Shown: in pieces, positions 1 to 10,890 of the stretch
Layout: each line of letters begins with the position of its first letter
Numbering within the stretch: the stretch's first letter is position 1
From: Alphaproteobacteria bacterium
Lineage (GTDB): Bacteria > Pseudomonadota > Alphaproteobacteria > UBA828
NCBI GenBank assembly: GCA_965220825.1
Contig: OZ244839.1
Span: 2,301,377 to 2,365,376, forward strand
Direction: 5' to 3'
DNA length: 64,000 nucleotides
Notes under the pieces: model-generated
What the model was told of the DNA's origin: nothing
Databases searched by the model: none
Seen by the model: the letters and a program-made list of their open reading frames with translations, nothing else
Translations under genes and position numbers: made by a program

Positions 1-1613
1 ACGGCGGCGATATGGGAGGACTGGACCGCCTCGTCGAGAATCCGCTCGTTCTCCGCCCGGGTGAGGGCCGCGAGTTCCTTTTCCAGATCGGGAATGACGC
101 CATAGGCGAGCTCGCCGGCGCGGCCGAGGTCGCCGTCGCGCTGGGCGATCTCGAGTTCCCCCCGTGCGGCGTCGAGCCGCTCCTTGAGCTTCTGGCCACC
201 GGCGAGACGCTCCTTCTCCGCCTGCCAGACCGCCGTCCGCTCCGCCGACTGGCCCTCCAGCGCATCAAGCTCGGCATGGAGCTTCTCCAGACGGTCCCGC
301 GAGCGGTCGTCGGTTTCCTTCTTCAGCGCTTCGCGCTCGATCTTGAGCTGGACGATCCGCCGGTCCAGCTCGTCCAGCTCCTCCGGCTTTGAATCGATTT
401 CCATGCGAAGCCGGCTCGCGGCTTCGTCCACCAGGTCGATCGCCTTGTCAGGCAGGAAGCGGTCCGAAATGTAGCGATTGGAGAGCACCGCAGACGAGAC
501 GATGGCGTTGTCCGTAATGGCCACGCCATGGTGCACCTCGTACTTCTCCTTGAGCCCGCGCAGGATGGATACGGTGTCCTCCACCGTGGGCTCGGCGACG
601 AAGACCGGCTGGAAGCGCCGCGCAAGGGCCGCGTCCTTCTCGATATGCTTGCGGTATTCGTCGAGGGTGGTCGCACCGATGCAGTGCAGCGCGCCGCGCG
701 CCAGGGCGGGCTTCAAGAGGTTGGAGGCATCCATCGCGCCCTCGGCGGCGCCGGCGCCCACCAGCGTGTGCAGCTCGTCGATGAACAGCACGATCTCTCC
801 GGCTGCGGCGTCGATCTCCGACAGCACGGACTTGAGCCGTTCCTCGAACTCGCCGCGAAATTTGGCGCCGGCGACCATGGCGCCGAGATCGAGTGCCAGC
901 AGGCGCTTGTCGCGAAGCGATTCGGGCACGTCGCCATTGACGATGCGTTGGGCGAGGCCTTCCACGATCGCCGTCTTCCCCACCCCAGGGTCGCCGATGA
1001 CGACGGGGTTGTTCTTGGTGCGCCGCGAAAGCACCTGCATGATGCGGCGAACCTCGTCGTCCCGCCCGATCACCGGGTCCACCTTGCCCTCGCGCGCCGC
1101 CTCCGTGAGATCCCGGGCGAATTTGCGGAGCGCCTCGTAGCCTTCCTCGGCCGAGGGGCTTTCGGCCTTGCGCCCTTTTCGCAACTCCTGGATGGCGGCG
1201 TTCAGCGTCTGGGGCGTTGCCCCCGCATCGGTCAATATGCGGGCGGCCGGGCTTCCCTTGGCGAGAGCGAGGGCCAGGAGCAGACGCTCCGCGGCAACAT
1301 AGGAATCGCCCGCCTTTCGCGCATTGTCCTCCGCTGCCTCCAGAACCGCCGCGGCCTCCTGTGCGATAAAGACCTGTCCGGTGCCGCCCTCCACCCGCGG
1401 AAGCTTGTCGAGGGCCGCCTCCGTCCGCTCGAGAGCCTCTTCCGCACGCCCGCCCGCCATGCGGATGAGGTTTGCGGCGAGCCCCTCCGGGTCGTCGAGG
1501 AGCGCCTTCAGAAGATGCTCCGGCGTGAAACGCTGATGTCCGCGCCGGATGGCGATCCCCTGCGCCGCCTGGATGAAGCCGCGCGACCGCTCGGTGAACC
1601 GTTCGAAATCCAT
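1..1613 (-). CDS. clpB: Chaperone ClpB, N-terminal ~537 aa; the 3' end is cut by the window edge
   Basis: Minus-strand translation gives [18 protein letters not shown]..., the Clp N-domain, a GDPGVGKTA Walker A motif and the long coiled-coil M-domain. The + strand ORF at 528..1760 is the antisense artefact. Confidence 0.9.
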   Translation of the reverse strand, partial: MDFERFTERSRGFIQAAQGIAIRRGHQRFTPEHLLKALLDDPEGLAANLIRMAGGRAEEALERTEAALDKLPRVEGGTGQVFIAQEAAAVLEAAEDNARKAGDSYVAAERLLLALALAKGSPAARILTDAGATPQTLNAAIQELRKGRKAESPSAEEGYEALRKFARDLTEAAREGKVDPVIGRDDEVRRIMQVLSRRTKNNPVVIGDPGVGKTAIVEGLAQRIVNGDVPESLRDKRLLALDLGAMVAGAKFRGEFEERLKSVLSEIDAAAGEIVLFIDELHTLVGAGAAEGAMDASNLLKPALARGALHCIGATTLDEYRKHIEKDAALARRFQPVFVAEPTVEDTVSILRGLKEKYEVHHGVAITDNAIVSSAVLSNRYISDRFLPDKAIDLVDEAASRLRMEIDSKPEELDELDRRIVQLKIEREALKKETDDRSRDRLEKLHAELDALEGQSAERTAVWQAEKERLAGGQKLKERLDAARGELEIAQRDGDLGRAGELAYGVIPDLEKELAALTRAENERILDEAVQSSHIAA

Positions 1614-1782
1614 GCCTTCGCCCTTCATCCCTGTTGCCCTTCGGGATGGAAACCCGCCGATCCTGATCCCGGCCGGCGCAACGAATCCCTATATGGGTTC
1701 GTCCATCCGCGCGGCAAGGGCACGCGGGCGATGCGCCCCGCGCGGGAAACAGTTCGATGATCGGGGGAGGCGCAGCAGGCCG

Positions 1783-2199
1783 TCAGAGAGGCTGCGACGG
1801 CGGCTCCTCGCGCGATGCCGGCGCGTCATTGACGGGCCCTGCGGACGCAATGTCGGCGCCGGGGCCGCGGCCGTCCTCCGGCTTCCGCTCGCCATGCTGG
1901 GGCGCATGGTTCTGCTGGCCCTGCGGACGCGAGCGCTGATCCCAGCCATTGGCCGTGACCACGCGGTGGTAGTGCTCCGCGTGCTGAAAGAAATTCTCCG
2001 CGCCGATGCGATCGCCCGCCGAAAGCGCGTCCCGCGCCAGCGCCTGATATTTCTCGATGACCTGAAACGCCGTGCCGCGAATCTTTCCTTCCGGACCACT
2101 GCTCTCGAAGGTGGAGCCCCGCCCGTGAAACCCGGCGCGTCGCCCGTTGCCTCTGTGCCCCCGAGAGCGTTTGTTGTTGGGACCCTTGGTGCTCAGCAT
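1783..2199 (-). CDS. DUF4167 family protein
   Basis: 138 aa with GPDVKIRGTAFQVIEKYQALARDA...FQHAEHYHR, the signature of the small basic DUF4167 proteins of alphaproteobacteria. Confidence 0.7.
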   Translation of the reverse strand: MLSTKGPNNKRSRGHRGNGRRAGFHGRGSTFESSGPEGKIRGTAFQVIEKYQALARDALSAGDRIGAENFFQHAEHYHRVVTANGWDQRSRPQGQQNHAPQHGERKPEDGRGPGADIASAGPVNDAPASREEPPSQPL

Positions 2200-2384
2200 C
2201 GTGTCTCCTGACTTCTCACCCTCGTGGGCACGGGGGCGCAGCGCGCCGAACCCGTTCCTTCCTGCAGCCTCGGCCTTTCTGCGCGGGCGCCGTCTCGCCT
2301 TGCCGAAGAACTCCCTGAACGCTCAAGCCGGGCTTTGCGTCCGGCTCCGCATGCGCCTTCCATGTTCTGAGAGTTTCTCAAAGG

Positions 2385-3317
2385 CTATTCGGGTTGCCAT
2401 GGTTTGCAACCCTTATTTTCCCGCCCGCTTATTGCGGGACATTTTCCCGCCCGCTTGTTGCGGGGCGCATCGGCCGCGGCCGAGAAAAGGACACAGCGCT
2501 CTCGGCCCGCGAGATCGCGGGCTCGCCCGGTCTCGGTCAGGCCCGACGCGCCGAACAGCGCGGAGACCGCATCTCCCATCCCCGCGCCTATTTCCACCGC
2601 CGCAAAGCCTGTGGGCGCGAGAAGGCGGGCGATCTCCGGTGCGAGCCGGCGGTAGCAGGCAAGCCCGTCCGCGCCGCCGCTGAGTGCGGATCGCGGCTCG
2701 TGGCGGGCAATCTCCGGTGCGAGCTGCGCAATTTCGCCATCCGCCACATAGGGCGGGTTGCACAGGATCGCGTGGAAACGCCCGGCCATCGGCGCGCCCC
2801 AGTCGGCGACGACGAAGGCCGACCGGTCGCCCACGCCATGGGCACGCGCATTGCGTCGGGCGAGGGCGACGGCGCCGGCGCTCGCATCCGCGCCCACGCC
2901 CCAGGCGCCGGGAAGCTCCCGCAGCAGCGCGACGAGGAGGCAGCCGGAGCCCGTACCGAGATCCAGAAGGCGTGCGCGAAGGGGCAGTGCGCTTGCACGC
3001 GCGAGCGCCGCCTCGACCAGGGTCTCCGTTTCAGGCCGCGGGATGAGAGCCCTGGGGTCCGTCGCCATATCCAGCGTCCAGAAGGCGCGCCTTCCTGCGA
3101 TATAGGCAAAGGGCTCGCGCCTCGCGCGCCGGCGCACGCAGGCCTCCAGCCGATGCGCCTCGTCGGGCGCGAGCGGCGCGGCAGGCTCCAGGAAGAGCGC
3201 CTCCGCCGACAGCCCCAGCGCGTAAGCCCCGAGCAGGCGGGATTCCCGCGCCGGCGAAGGCACGCCGGCCGCTGCGAGCCGCTGCGCCGCCTCGCGGAGC
3301 GCATCGGCCCGCGTCAT
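2385..3317 (-). CDS. prmC: Release factor glutamine N5-methyltransferase PrmC/HemK
   Basis: [14 protein letters not shown]..., [12 protein letters not shown] motif, NPPY motif. The ATG overlaps the prfA stop by 4 bp. The C-terminus appears ~30 aa longer than usual. Confidence 0.8.
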   Translation of the reverse strand: MTRADALREAAQRLAAAGVPSPARESRLLGAYALGLSAEALFLEPAAPLAPDEAHRLEACVRRRARREPFAYIAGRRAFWTLDMATDPRALIPRPETETLVEAALARASALPLRARLLDLGTGSGCLLVALLRELPGAWGVGADASAGAVALARRNARAHGVGDRSAFVVADWGAPMAGRFHAILCNPPYVADGEIAQLAPEIARHEPRSALSGGADGLACYRRLAPEIARLLAPTGFAAVEIGAGMGDAVSALFGASGLTETGRARDLAGRERCVLFSAAADAPRNKRAGKCPAISGRENKGCKPWQPE

Positions 3318-4423
3318 CGCGGCGGCCCCTCCGCCAGATTCGCCTCGGCAAGGCGCTCGGTCCGGTCCGCGGCGATCAGCCGGTCGATGATTTCGTCCAG
3401 CGCCTCGCCGTTCAGCACCTTGTCGAGCTTGTGCATCGTGAAGCCGATACGGTGGTCGCTCACCCGCCCCTGGGGGAAGTTGTAGGTGCGGATACGCTGG
3501 GAGCGGTCGCCCGAGCCTACCTGCCCGCGGCGTTCCGCCGCGCGCTCCTCCTCCCGCAGCCGGCGCTCCCGGTCGTAGAGCCGTGCGCGCAGCACCGTCA
3601 TGGCCTTGGCCTTGTTCTTGTGCTGGGACTTCTCGTCCTGCTGGGTTACCACGACGCCGGTGGGCAAGTGGGTGATGCGCACCGCGCTGTCGGTGGTGTT
3701 GACACTCTGCCCGCCGGGGCCGCTGGCGCGGTAGACGTCGATGCGCAGGTCCTTTTCGTCGATGGCTATGTCCGGCTCCTCCGCCTCGGGAAGAACGGCG
3801 ACCGTCGCGGCCGAGGTGTGGATGCGCCCGCCGGCCTCGGTTTCCGGAACGCGCTGCACCCGGTGTACGCCGGATTCGAACTTGAGCCGCGCATAGACGC
3901 CGCGCCCGCCGATGGAGGCGACGGCCTCCTTGACCCCGCCGAGGCCCGTCTCGGAGGTGGAGAGGAATTCGAACTTCCAACGCCGCGCCTCCGCATAGCG
4001 CTGATACATGCGAAGGATGTCGGCGGCGAAGAGCGCCGCCTCCTCGCCGCCCGTGCCGGCGCGGACCTCCAGTATGGCGTTCCGCTCGTCGGCCGCGTCC
4101 CGAGGCAGGAGGAGCGCCTTGAGGGCGTTCTCGCGCTCGGGCAGTGTCGCGGCGAGCGTCGCGCACTCCCGTTCGGCGAGGATGCGAAGCTCACCCTCGC
4201 TCTCGGCATCGCTTGCCAGCGTCTGCAACTCCTCCATTTCGCGGCGGGTGCTCTCCAGCGCGACGAAGGCCTCCACGATGGGAGAGAGTTCGGAATATTC
4301 CCGCGCGAGCTTCACGCGCTCTTCGGCCGTCAGCGGCCGGTCGGAGGCGAGCGCCTGCCCGATCGCCTCGTGCCGTTCGCACATCCGGGCGAGCCGCTCA
4401 TCCAAGGCCGCGGCTGCGCTCAC
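3314..4423 (-). CDS. prfA: Peptide chain release factor 1
   Basis: 369 aa with a GGQ motif ([23 protein letters not shown]) and a PxT-type domain. Aligns end to end with RF1. ATGA overlap with hisS. Confidence 0.95.
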   Translation of the reverse strand: MSAAAALDERLARMCERHEAIGQALASDRPLTAEERVKLAREYSELSPIVEAFVALESTRREMEELQTLASDAESEGELRILAERECATLAATLPERENALKALLLPRDAADERNAILEVRAGTGGEEAALFAADILRMYQRYAEARRWKFEFLSTSETGLGGVKEAVASIGGRGVYARLKFESGVHRVQRVPETEAGGRIHTSAATVAVLPEAEEPDIAIDEKDLRIDVYRASGPGGQSVNTTDSAVRITHLPTGVVVTQQDEKSQHKNKAKAMTVLRARLYDRERRLREEERAAERRGQVGSGDRSQRIRTYNFPQGRVSDHRIGFTMHKLDKVLNGEALDEIIDRLIAADRTERLAEANLAEGPPR

Positions 4424-5694
4424 GGGCCGTCTCCATGACGGCGGAGCGCGGCATCGAGCCCGTCGAGGGGCGCCTCCGTCTGCTCGCCGCTCGTGAGGTC
4501 CCGCACCGTGGCGACGCCCCGGTCGAGCTCATCGTCGCCGAGGATTACCGCGGCCGAGGCATGCGCCTGGTCCGCCCGCTTGAGGCGCTTCGAGAGGCTC
4601 CCCCGATAGGTGAGTTCCACCGAATGGCCCGCGCGCCGAAGCGCATCCGCGATACCGAGCGCCGCGGCCTCCGCACGGGCGCCGAGGGGGACGAGTGCAA
4701 TCGGGCGGGGAGACTCGGGCGCCGTGTCCAGAAGAAGCCCCAGGCGTTCGATTCCGCCGGCCCAGCCGACGCCCGGCGTCGGCGCCCCGCCCATGGTTTC
4801 GATCAGGCCGTCATAGCGGCCGCCGGCAAGGACCGCGCCCTGGGCGCCCAGCGCGTCCGTGGTGAACTCGAACGCCGTGTGGCAGTAATAGTCGAGCCCG
4901 CGCACGAGCCGCGGGTTGCGGATGAAGGCGATGCCCAGCCCCTCCAGGCCCGCGCAGACCGCCTCGAAGAAAGCGCCGGCATCGGCGCTGAGATAGGCGT
5001 CGATCCGCGGCGCGTCGGCCATGAGCGCGCGATCGCCCGAGTCCTTGGAGTCGAGGACCCGCAGCGGGTTGCGCGCCAGGCGGACACGGCTTTCCGCCGA
5101 AAGCGCGTCCTCGTTGGCGCGCAGATAGGCGACCAGCGCTTCGCGGTAGGCATGGCGGCTGGCCTCGTCCGCGAGCGTGTTGATCTCGAGCACCGTCTTG
5201 CCGAGCAGTCCGAGCTCGTCGAGCAGGTGGGCTCCGAGCGCGATGGTTTCGATGTCGGCGAGCGGTTCGGCGACGCCGATCAGTTCCACGCCGATCTGGT
5301 GGAACTGGCGGAGCCGGCCCTTCTGCGGCCGTTCGTAGCGGAACATCGGTCCGGCATAGAAACATTTGACCGGAAGGCGCGGGCCGAAAGAGCCCGCGAT
5401 CAACGCGCGCGCGACGCCCGCCGTGTTCTCCGGCCGGAGCGTGACCTCCGCACCGCCGCGATCCTGGAAGGTATACATCTCCTTCGTCACCACGTCGGAT
5501 GTGCCGCCGAGCGTGCGCCGAAACACCTCGGTAAACTCGAAGACGGGCGTGGCGACTTCGGCAAAACCGTAGCGCTCGGCGAGGGCCCTTGCACAGTCGA
5601 CCACGCGGCGGTGGCGGCGCATCGCCTCGCCGGCAAGGACATGGGTTCCGCGGACTGGTTGCAGTTTGGGCACGAACAGATCCTCGAACGTCAC
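4420..5694 (-). CDS. hisS: Histidine--tRNA ligase
   Basis: 424 aa with class II aaRS motifs ([22 protein letters not shown]). The C-terminal anticodon-binding domain is present, which excludes HisZ. Confidence 0.88.
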   Translation of the reverse strand: MTFEDLFVPKLQPVRGTHVLAGEAMRRHRRVVDCARALAERYGFAEVATPVFEFTEVFRRTLGGTSDVVTKEMYTFQDRGGAEVTLRPENTAGVARALIAGSFGPRLPVKCFYAGPMFRYERPQKGRLRQFHQIGVELIGVAEPLADIETIALGAHLLDELGLLGKTVLEINTLADEASRHAYREALVAYLRANEDALSAESRVRLARNPLRVLDSKDSGDRALMADAPRIDAYLSADAGAFFEAVCAGLEGLGIAFIRNPRLVRGLDYYCHTAFEFTTDALGAQGAVLAGGRYDGLIETMGGAPTPGVGWAGGIERLGLLLDTAPESPRPIALVPLGARAEAAALGIADALRRAGHSVELTYRGSLSKRLKRADQAHASAAVILGDDELDRGVATVRDLTSGEQTEAPLDGLDAALRRHGDGP

Positions 5695-5796
5695 CGCCCC
5701 TCGGGGCGGACTTCAAGGTTTAGCCGATAGCGCCGCTGGCGGCGAGACGGTCCGTGGAACCGTCGACGCGGCGCGGCGTCGGCCGCGGGAAACGCG

Positions 5797-7311
5797 CTAG
5801 CTCTCGGCCAGCAGACGGGCTGTCAGGAGATTCGGGTCGAGCGGAATGTTCCGCAGAACAACGCCGACGGGACCGAGCGGTGGCAGGACCTTGCCGTCGA
5901 CACGCACCTCGAGAGCACCCGCATTGCCCGTCACCATGACAAGGCCCGGACGGTCGGGCACCCGGTAGATGTCACCCGGACGCAGGATGCGGGTCAACAG
6001 AAGTTCGTCGTCGGGCCCCTGCACCTGGACCCAGCTGTCGGCATAGGCCGCGATGACCACCCGGGCGGAGACGTTGCTGCGCCCGTAGACCTGCGGCACA
6101 TGGGCTTCGGCCTCGACCGCTGCGGGGGGCGCCGCGCCTGCATCGGCCGGGGCCGCTGCCTGCGGTTGCGCCTCGGGCGCGGCCGCGCTCTCCGTGGACG
6201 AAGGCGATGCCGGAACGCCGCTCTCGGGCAGCGTTTCGTAATCCAGCGCCGCTTCGATCGCGAGGTCCTGGGTGAAGGCTGCGACCTCGGGGGCCTCGAT
6301 CTCGGAGGCCGCCGGCGGGGTAGCGGCTTCGTTGCCGCCGACGGCTGCATCGGGCGCTCCGGCGGCAAGCGCGGCCTCCGCGCCATCGGCAGGGGCTGCG
6401 ACCGCAGCGGCGGCCGCACCGCTTTCGTCCCTGGCCGCCATATCGACGGTGGAAAGGGCCTCCGCCGGCTCAGGGGCCGCCGTCTCGACTGCCGCTTCGC
6501 GCGTTGCAGGCGGCGATGCGGACGCGACCGTTGATTCTGCTTCCGGCGCAACGAGTTCCTCCGGCGCAACGGCTGCCTCGTCCTCCGGCGGGACCGTTGC
6601 TTCCGGCGCAGAGATCGCCTCTGGCACCTCCGCAACCACTGTTTCCTCCGGTGCAACTGCAACGACTGCCTCCGGCGCGACGGTTGCCGCCGGTGCAACT
6701 GGAGCGACTGCCTCCGGCGCAACCGTTGCAGCCGGAGAGACGGTTGCCGCCGGTGTCGCGGTTTCGCCGGAGGCCGTTTCCTCGCCGCGTCCCACGGTCT
6801 CCGAGAAGCGGTCCGAAACGTCGGCGACCAGATCGGTCGCGACCCGCCCGTCGCTCTCGTAGTACTGCCAGCCGCCATAGGCGAGGCCGGCAAGAATAAG
6901 GGCTAACAGAACCAGCCAGGCCCGGGGCCTCCGGCCCTCTTTGCCGGGCGTTGGGAAGGAGAGATCGGCGCCGCCCGCTTCATGGTCCATCTCGCGTTTG
7001 AAGGCGTCCACCGTCTCCTGAATGTCGAGTTTGAGAAGGCCCGCATAGCTCCGCACGAAGCCCACCGCATAGGTCGCGCCCGGGAGCGCATCGAAGCGGC
7101 CCTCTTCCAACGCCGCCAAGTGGGACTCTTGAATGCGCAGCGTCTGGGCGGCATCGCGCAACTCGTAGCCGGCGCGGAGCCGCGCATCGTGCAGCGTACG
7201 GCACACATCGGGTACGGACCGGCGGTCGCCTTCCTCGACATCCGTCAATATCGGCTGCCCGGACCGAGCCGGCTCCACCGGCGCCCGCCGAAGGTCTCTC
7301 ATCGCTCGCAT
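5797..7311 (-). CDS. rodZ: RodZ-like cytoskeleton protein: N-terminal HTH, TM helix, long Ala/Pro/Glu/Val-rich linker, C-terminal DUF4115
   Basis: HTH segment DVCRTLHDARLRAGYELRDAAQTLRIQESHLAALEEGRF, TM segment WLVLLALILAGLAYGGW, DUF4115-like C-terminus. The exact start (M1 or M4) is uncertain. Confidence 0.65.
   Translation of the reverse strand: MRAMRDLRRAPVEPARSGQPILTDVEEGDRRSVPDVCRTLHDARLRAGYELRDAAQTLRIQESHLAALEEGRFDALPGATYAVGFVRSYAGLLKLDIQETVDAFKREMDHEAGGADLSFPTPGKEGRRPRAWLVLLALILAGLAYGGWQYYESDGRVATDLVADVSDRFSETVGRGEETASGETATPAATVSPAATVAPEAVAPVAPAATVAPEAVVAVAPEETVVAEVPEAISAPEATVPPEDEAAVAPEELVAPEAESTVASASPPATREAAVETAAPEPAEALSTVDMAARDESGAAAAAVAAPADGAEAALAAGAPDAAVGGNEAATPPAASEIEAPEVAAFTQDLAIEAALDYETLPESGVPASPSSTESAAAPEAQPQAAAPADAGAAPPAAVEAEAHVPQVYGRSNVSARVVIAAYADSWVQVQGPDDELLLTRILRPGDIYRVPDRPGLVMVTGNAGALEVRVDGKVLPPLGPVGVVLRNIPLDPNLLTARLLAES
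6290..6800. repeat. Degenerate short tandem repeats (12-18 bp units such as gcctccggcgcaac / ggttgccgccggtg) encoding the A/P/E/V-rich linker of the RodZ-like gene
   Basis: Visible reiterations in the DNA (ctccggcgca acggctgcctcg tcctccggcg ...) and in the protein (ATVAPEAVAPVAPAATVAPEAVVAVAPEE...). Confidence 0.6.
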
Positions 7312-7572
7312 CCCGCGGCCCGCACGCGACTTGCGGCTCCACGCCCGACAGCTTGAACTCCGTCTACCCGGCGTCCCAGATTAAGCAATGCGCGAGCCGT
7401 TTCCCTTGGTGAAGTCTGTCTAAGTTCAAAATTTACACCGCGTTATTCTCTTGCGCAAACAGGATGTACCGTTACGGCCGCATTTTTGTGCGGACGGACG
7501 TTGCGCCGCCGGGCCAATACCCCGTCCTTCGTGATACCGTCTCGGAATCGGCAGGTGAAACCGGAGGATCTG

Positions 7573-8352
7573 ATGGCGATTACTTTGCGCGGCAAGACGG
7601 CCATCGTGACCGGCGCGGGACGGGGCATCGGCAAGGGAATAGCGGCCGTCTTCGCCAGGGAGGGCGCCAGCGTGCTGGCGGTGAACCGGAGCGCGGCAGC
7701 GGGCGAGGCGGCGGTCGAGGCGATCCGCGCCGATGGCGGCGAGGCGTCGTTCCTGCAAGGCGACGTGAGGGTCCGCGCCGATATGGAGCGGATGGCCGAG
7801 GTCTGCGCGGCGCGCTACGGCGGGATCGACGTCTTGTGCCTCAACGCCGGCATCTATCCCACGGCGCCCATTGCCGAGATGCAGGACGAGACCTGGGACG
7901 AGACGGTCGACACCAATCTCAAGGGCGTCTTCTACGGCGTCCGCGCCTGCATTCCCCATATGAAGGCGCGGAAGAGGGGACGGATCATCGCGATTTCATC
8001 CATAACCGGCCCCAATGTGGGCTGGCCCGGACTCTCGCATTACATGGCGTCCAAGGGCGGCGTGAACGCATTCGTGATCGGCGCCGCGCTGGAGTTCGCC
8101 AAATACAACATCACGGTCAACGCCATATCGCCGGGCACGATCATGAGCCAGGGCCTGGAAGAACTCGGCGGCGGAAGCCTGGACGAAATCCGATCCGTCA
8201 TCCCGGTTGGCTATATCGGGGAGAGCGAGGATATCGCCTATGCCGCGGTCTATCTGGCGAGCGACGAGGCGCGTTACGTCACGGGCCAGGCGCTGGTGGT
8301 CGACGGCGGGCAGATCCTCCCCGAGAGCCCGGCGGCGCTCGCGGACGCGTAA
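7573..8352 (+). CDS. SDR family oxidoreductase
   Basis: TGAGRGIGKG Rossmann motif and YxxxK catalytic pair (YMASK). GGAGG RBS 7 nt upstream of MAITLRGK. The ORF-track start at 7486 is an upstream extension. Confidence 0.85.
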   Translation: MAITLRGKTAIVTGAGRGIGKGIAAVFAREGASVLAVNRSAAAGEAAVEAIRADGGEASFLQGDVRVRADMERMAEVCAARYGGIDVLCLNAGIYPTAPIAEMQDETWDETVDTNLKGVFYGVRACIPHMKARKRGRIIAISSITGPNVGWPGLSHYMASKGGVNAFVIGAALEFAKYNITVNAISPGTIMSQGLEELGGGSLDEIRSVIPVGYIGESEDIAYAAVYLASDEARYVTGQALVVDGGQILPESPAALADA

Positions 8353-8512
8353 GGAGGACGCCTGCGGAGTCCAGATGAAACAAGACCGCGATTGTGCTTA
8401 GATGGCCGCGCGACGCGAAGGGCCACCGGTGCCTTCGGTGCATGGAGACGGAAACGGAGCGTAGCCGCGAAGGGCGCAGTGGCCCGGCGGCGCGGCAGAT
8501 GGGAGATAGGGC

Positions 8513-9706
8513 ATGAACCAGGACAAACTTCTCAAACGGATGTTGCGGAACGACCCCGTGCGCGGCGCCCGGGCCACCCGGCGCCAGGTGCTGCAGGGGC
8601 TGGGTGCCGGCGCGCTCGCGCTTGGCGCCGGAGGGGCGTTCGCCGGCCGGGCCGAGGCGGCGCGCAACCTCGCCATGCTGACATGGGACGGCTATGTGGA
8701 CCCCCGCGTGCTCGACGGCTTTACCGAGCAGCACGGTACGGGGATCGACTACGAACTCCACACCTCCGACCCGGATTCGGTCAACAAGCTCCGCGCCGGC
8801 GAGACCGCCATCTGGGACATCATCAATCTGAACAACCCCTGGGCGCGTGAAATGATGTGGCCCGAAGGGCTCATCGTCGAGCTCGACCGGGCACGGTTCG
8901 ATCCTTATTTCGAAGCGATGCTCCCGATGTTCAAGCCACCCTACAAATGGGCCATGAGCCTCGACAACGAGCATCTCCTCGGCGTCTGCCAGCGGGTGGA
9001 TACCTTCGACTTCGTGGTCAACACCGACGTCATCTCGGCGGAAACGGCGAAGGACGAAGGGTGGAGCCTGTTCGACAATCCGGACATGGCCGGGCGCTAC
9101 GGCATGCTTGCCTACGACAACTGGAACATCATGCATATCTGCATGATCGCGGGCCTCCATCCCTTCAAGGAAAAGACCGACGAGCAGGTCGCCGTTTTCG
9201 AGGAGACGGCGCGGCGCGTGATCAACGGCGCGAAGATGATCTCCGACGATTTCGTCGCCATCAATCTCGGCGTGGTGAACGGCGAGATCGACATGTATTT
9301 CGGCGGCGGGACCTACTCCATCTCGGCGGCACGCCTCGACGGCCTCACCAACCTCTATCACGTGGTGCCGAAGAGCGGCCCGGCGGACGGCAAGGGCGGG
9401 ATCAACTGGATCGAGCTCAGCTCGGTGGTGAACAACCCCGACCTGCACCCCATGGCCATGGACTGGATGGAGTACATCCTCCAGCCCGAGACCTCCTACT
9501 GGGTCGCCACCGCCGGCGGCTTCCTCCTGCCGGTGGGCCAGATGGCACAGCCGGAGCTGCTCGCCAAGTTCACCGCGGAAGAGCTCGATTCCTTCCAGTG
9601 GGACGAGTTCGACTATCGGATCGAGCATTCGGTCGAATATGACGTGGTGCCGGACTACAACCGGCTCTACGACATATATACGGCCGCACGCCGCGAAAAG
9701 GCGTAG
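8513..9706 (+). CDS. ABC transporter periplasmic substrate-binding protein, PotD/PhnS-like, with Tat signal
   Basis: RRQVLQGLGAGALALGAGGAFA twin-arginine signal. PotD-family length and fold motifs. Confidence 0.8.
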   Translation: MNQDKLLKRMLRNDPVRGARATRRQVLQGLGAGALALGAGGAFAGRAEAARNLAMLTWDGYVDPRVLDGFTEQHGTGIDYELHTSDPDSVNKLRAGETAIWDIINLNNPWAREMMWPEGLIVELDRARFDPYFEAMLPMFKPPYKWAMSLDNEHLLGVCQRVDTFDFVVNTDVISAETAKDEGWSLFDNPDMAGRYGMLAYDNWNIMHICMIAGLHPFKEKTDEQVAVFEETARRVINGAKMISDDFVAINLGVVNGEIDMYFGGGTYSISAARLDGLTNLYHVVPKSGPADGKGGINWIELSSVVNNPDLHPMAMDWMEYILQPETSYWVATAGGFLLPVGQMAQPELLAKFTAEELDSFQWDEFDYRIEHSVEYDVVPDYNRLYDIYTAARREKA

Positions 9707-9780
9707 GCTCGGCTCACGGACGGAAGCGGGGCCGCGCGGGTTTTCGCGCGGCCCCGCTCCAGCGCAGATAGAGACCCCCC

Positions 9781-10890
9781 GTGCGGGACGGCGCGGGCAG
9801 GGCGGGGATTCACGGAAACGCCATGGCGAATGCGGCGCCAATCCTGCGCATGGTCGGCCTGACCAGGCAGTACGGCAAATTGCTCGCGGTCAACGACATT
9901 TCCCTCGAGATCGAGGAGGGCGAATTCTTCACCATCGTCGGCCCGTCGGGCAGCGGCAAGACCACGCTCTTGCGCATGCTGGGCGGGCTGGAGAAGCCGA
10001 CGGCGGGGGACATCTTCCTGCGCGACCGGCTGGTCAACGGCGTGCCGGCGAACCGGCGGCCCACCTGCATGGTGTTCCAGTCCCTCGCGCTCTTCAACCA
10101 CAAGACCGTGGGCCAGAACATCGAGTTCTCGCTCAAGATGCGGGGCGAAGCGAGGCGTGCGAGGCGCGAGCGCGGCCTTTCGCTGATGAAGGTGGTCCAG
10201 CTGCCCGAGGATTATTACGACAAGCCCGTCACCAAGTGCTCCGGCGGGGAGCGCCAGCGCGTGGCCCTCGCCCGGGCGCTCGCCTCCGACCCGGACATCC
10301 TGTTCTTCGACGAGCCGCTCTCCGCCATCGACTACCGGCTGCGCAAGCTGCTGGAGGTGGAGCTCAAGGACCTCCATCGCACCACCGGCAAGACCTTCGT
10401 CTACATCACCCACTCCCTCGAGGAGGCCATGGTGATGAGCGACCGGATCGGTATCATGCGGGAAGGCCGGCTCATCCAGATCGGCTCGCCCAACGAGATC
10501 TATCTCCGCCCCCGCAACAAGTTCGTCTCCGAGTTCATGGGCGAGGTGAACACGCTGCCGGTGCGCGCAGGCGCGGACGGCGGGCTCGACTGCCCGGCGT
10601 TCGGCGAGCGCTTCAGAAGCCCCGACCGGCCCGATGGCTTCGACGCCGGCTATCTGGTGATCCGACCGGAATCGGTGCGCTTCCTCAAAGCGCCGGCGGA
10701 CGCCGACAACCACCTTGAGGGGTCGCTCTTCAACGAATACGCGCTGGGCTCCCGGGTCCAGTACCATGTGAGCGTCGGCGACACGATGTTCGTCGTGGAG
10801 AAGCTCCGCGAGCACGCCTACAGGGGTGCGCTGGGCGACAGCGTGCTGATCGGCTGGGACGCCGGGGACAGCGTGCTCGTGACCGACTGA
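9781..10890 (+). CDS. ABC transporter ATP-binding protein (PotA-like)
   Basis: GPSGSGKTT Walker A, LSGGERQRVALARAL signature, FFDEPLSAID Walker B, C-terminal TOBE-like domain. The start may be the internal Met at 9823. Confidence 0.85.
   Translation: MRDGAGRAGIHGNAMANAAPILRMVGLTRQYGKLLAVNDISLEIEEGEFFTIVGPSGSGKTTLLRMLGGLEKPTAGDIFLRDRLVNGVPANRRPTCMVFQSLALFNHKTVGQNIEFSLKMRGEARRARRERGLSLMKVVQLPEDYYDKPVTKCSGGERQRVALARALASDPDILFFDEPLSAIDYRLRKLLEVELKDLHRTTGKTFVYITHSLEEAMVMSDRIGIMREGRLIQIGSPNEIYLRPRNKFVSEFMGEVNTLPVRAGADGGLDCPAFGERFRSPDRPDGFDAGYLVIRPESVRFLKAPADADNHLEGSLFNEYALGSRVQYHVSVGDTMFVVEKLREHAYRGALGDSVLIGWDAGDSVLVTD

Noticed and set aside
8279-9841. Long antisense ORFs such as 8279..9841, 10818..12656, 19979..21559, 46277..47905 and 61590..63995
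   Set aside because: Each lies opposite a well-supported gene with clear family motifs. Their translations are Arg/Gly/Pro/His-rich with no domain signatures, as expected for the stop-codon-poor antisense frames of ~70% GC DNA.
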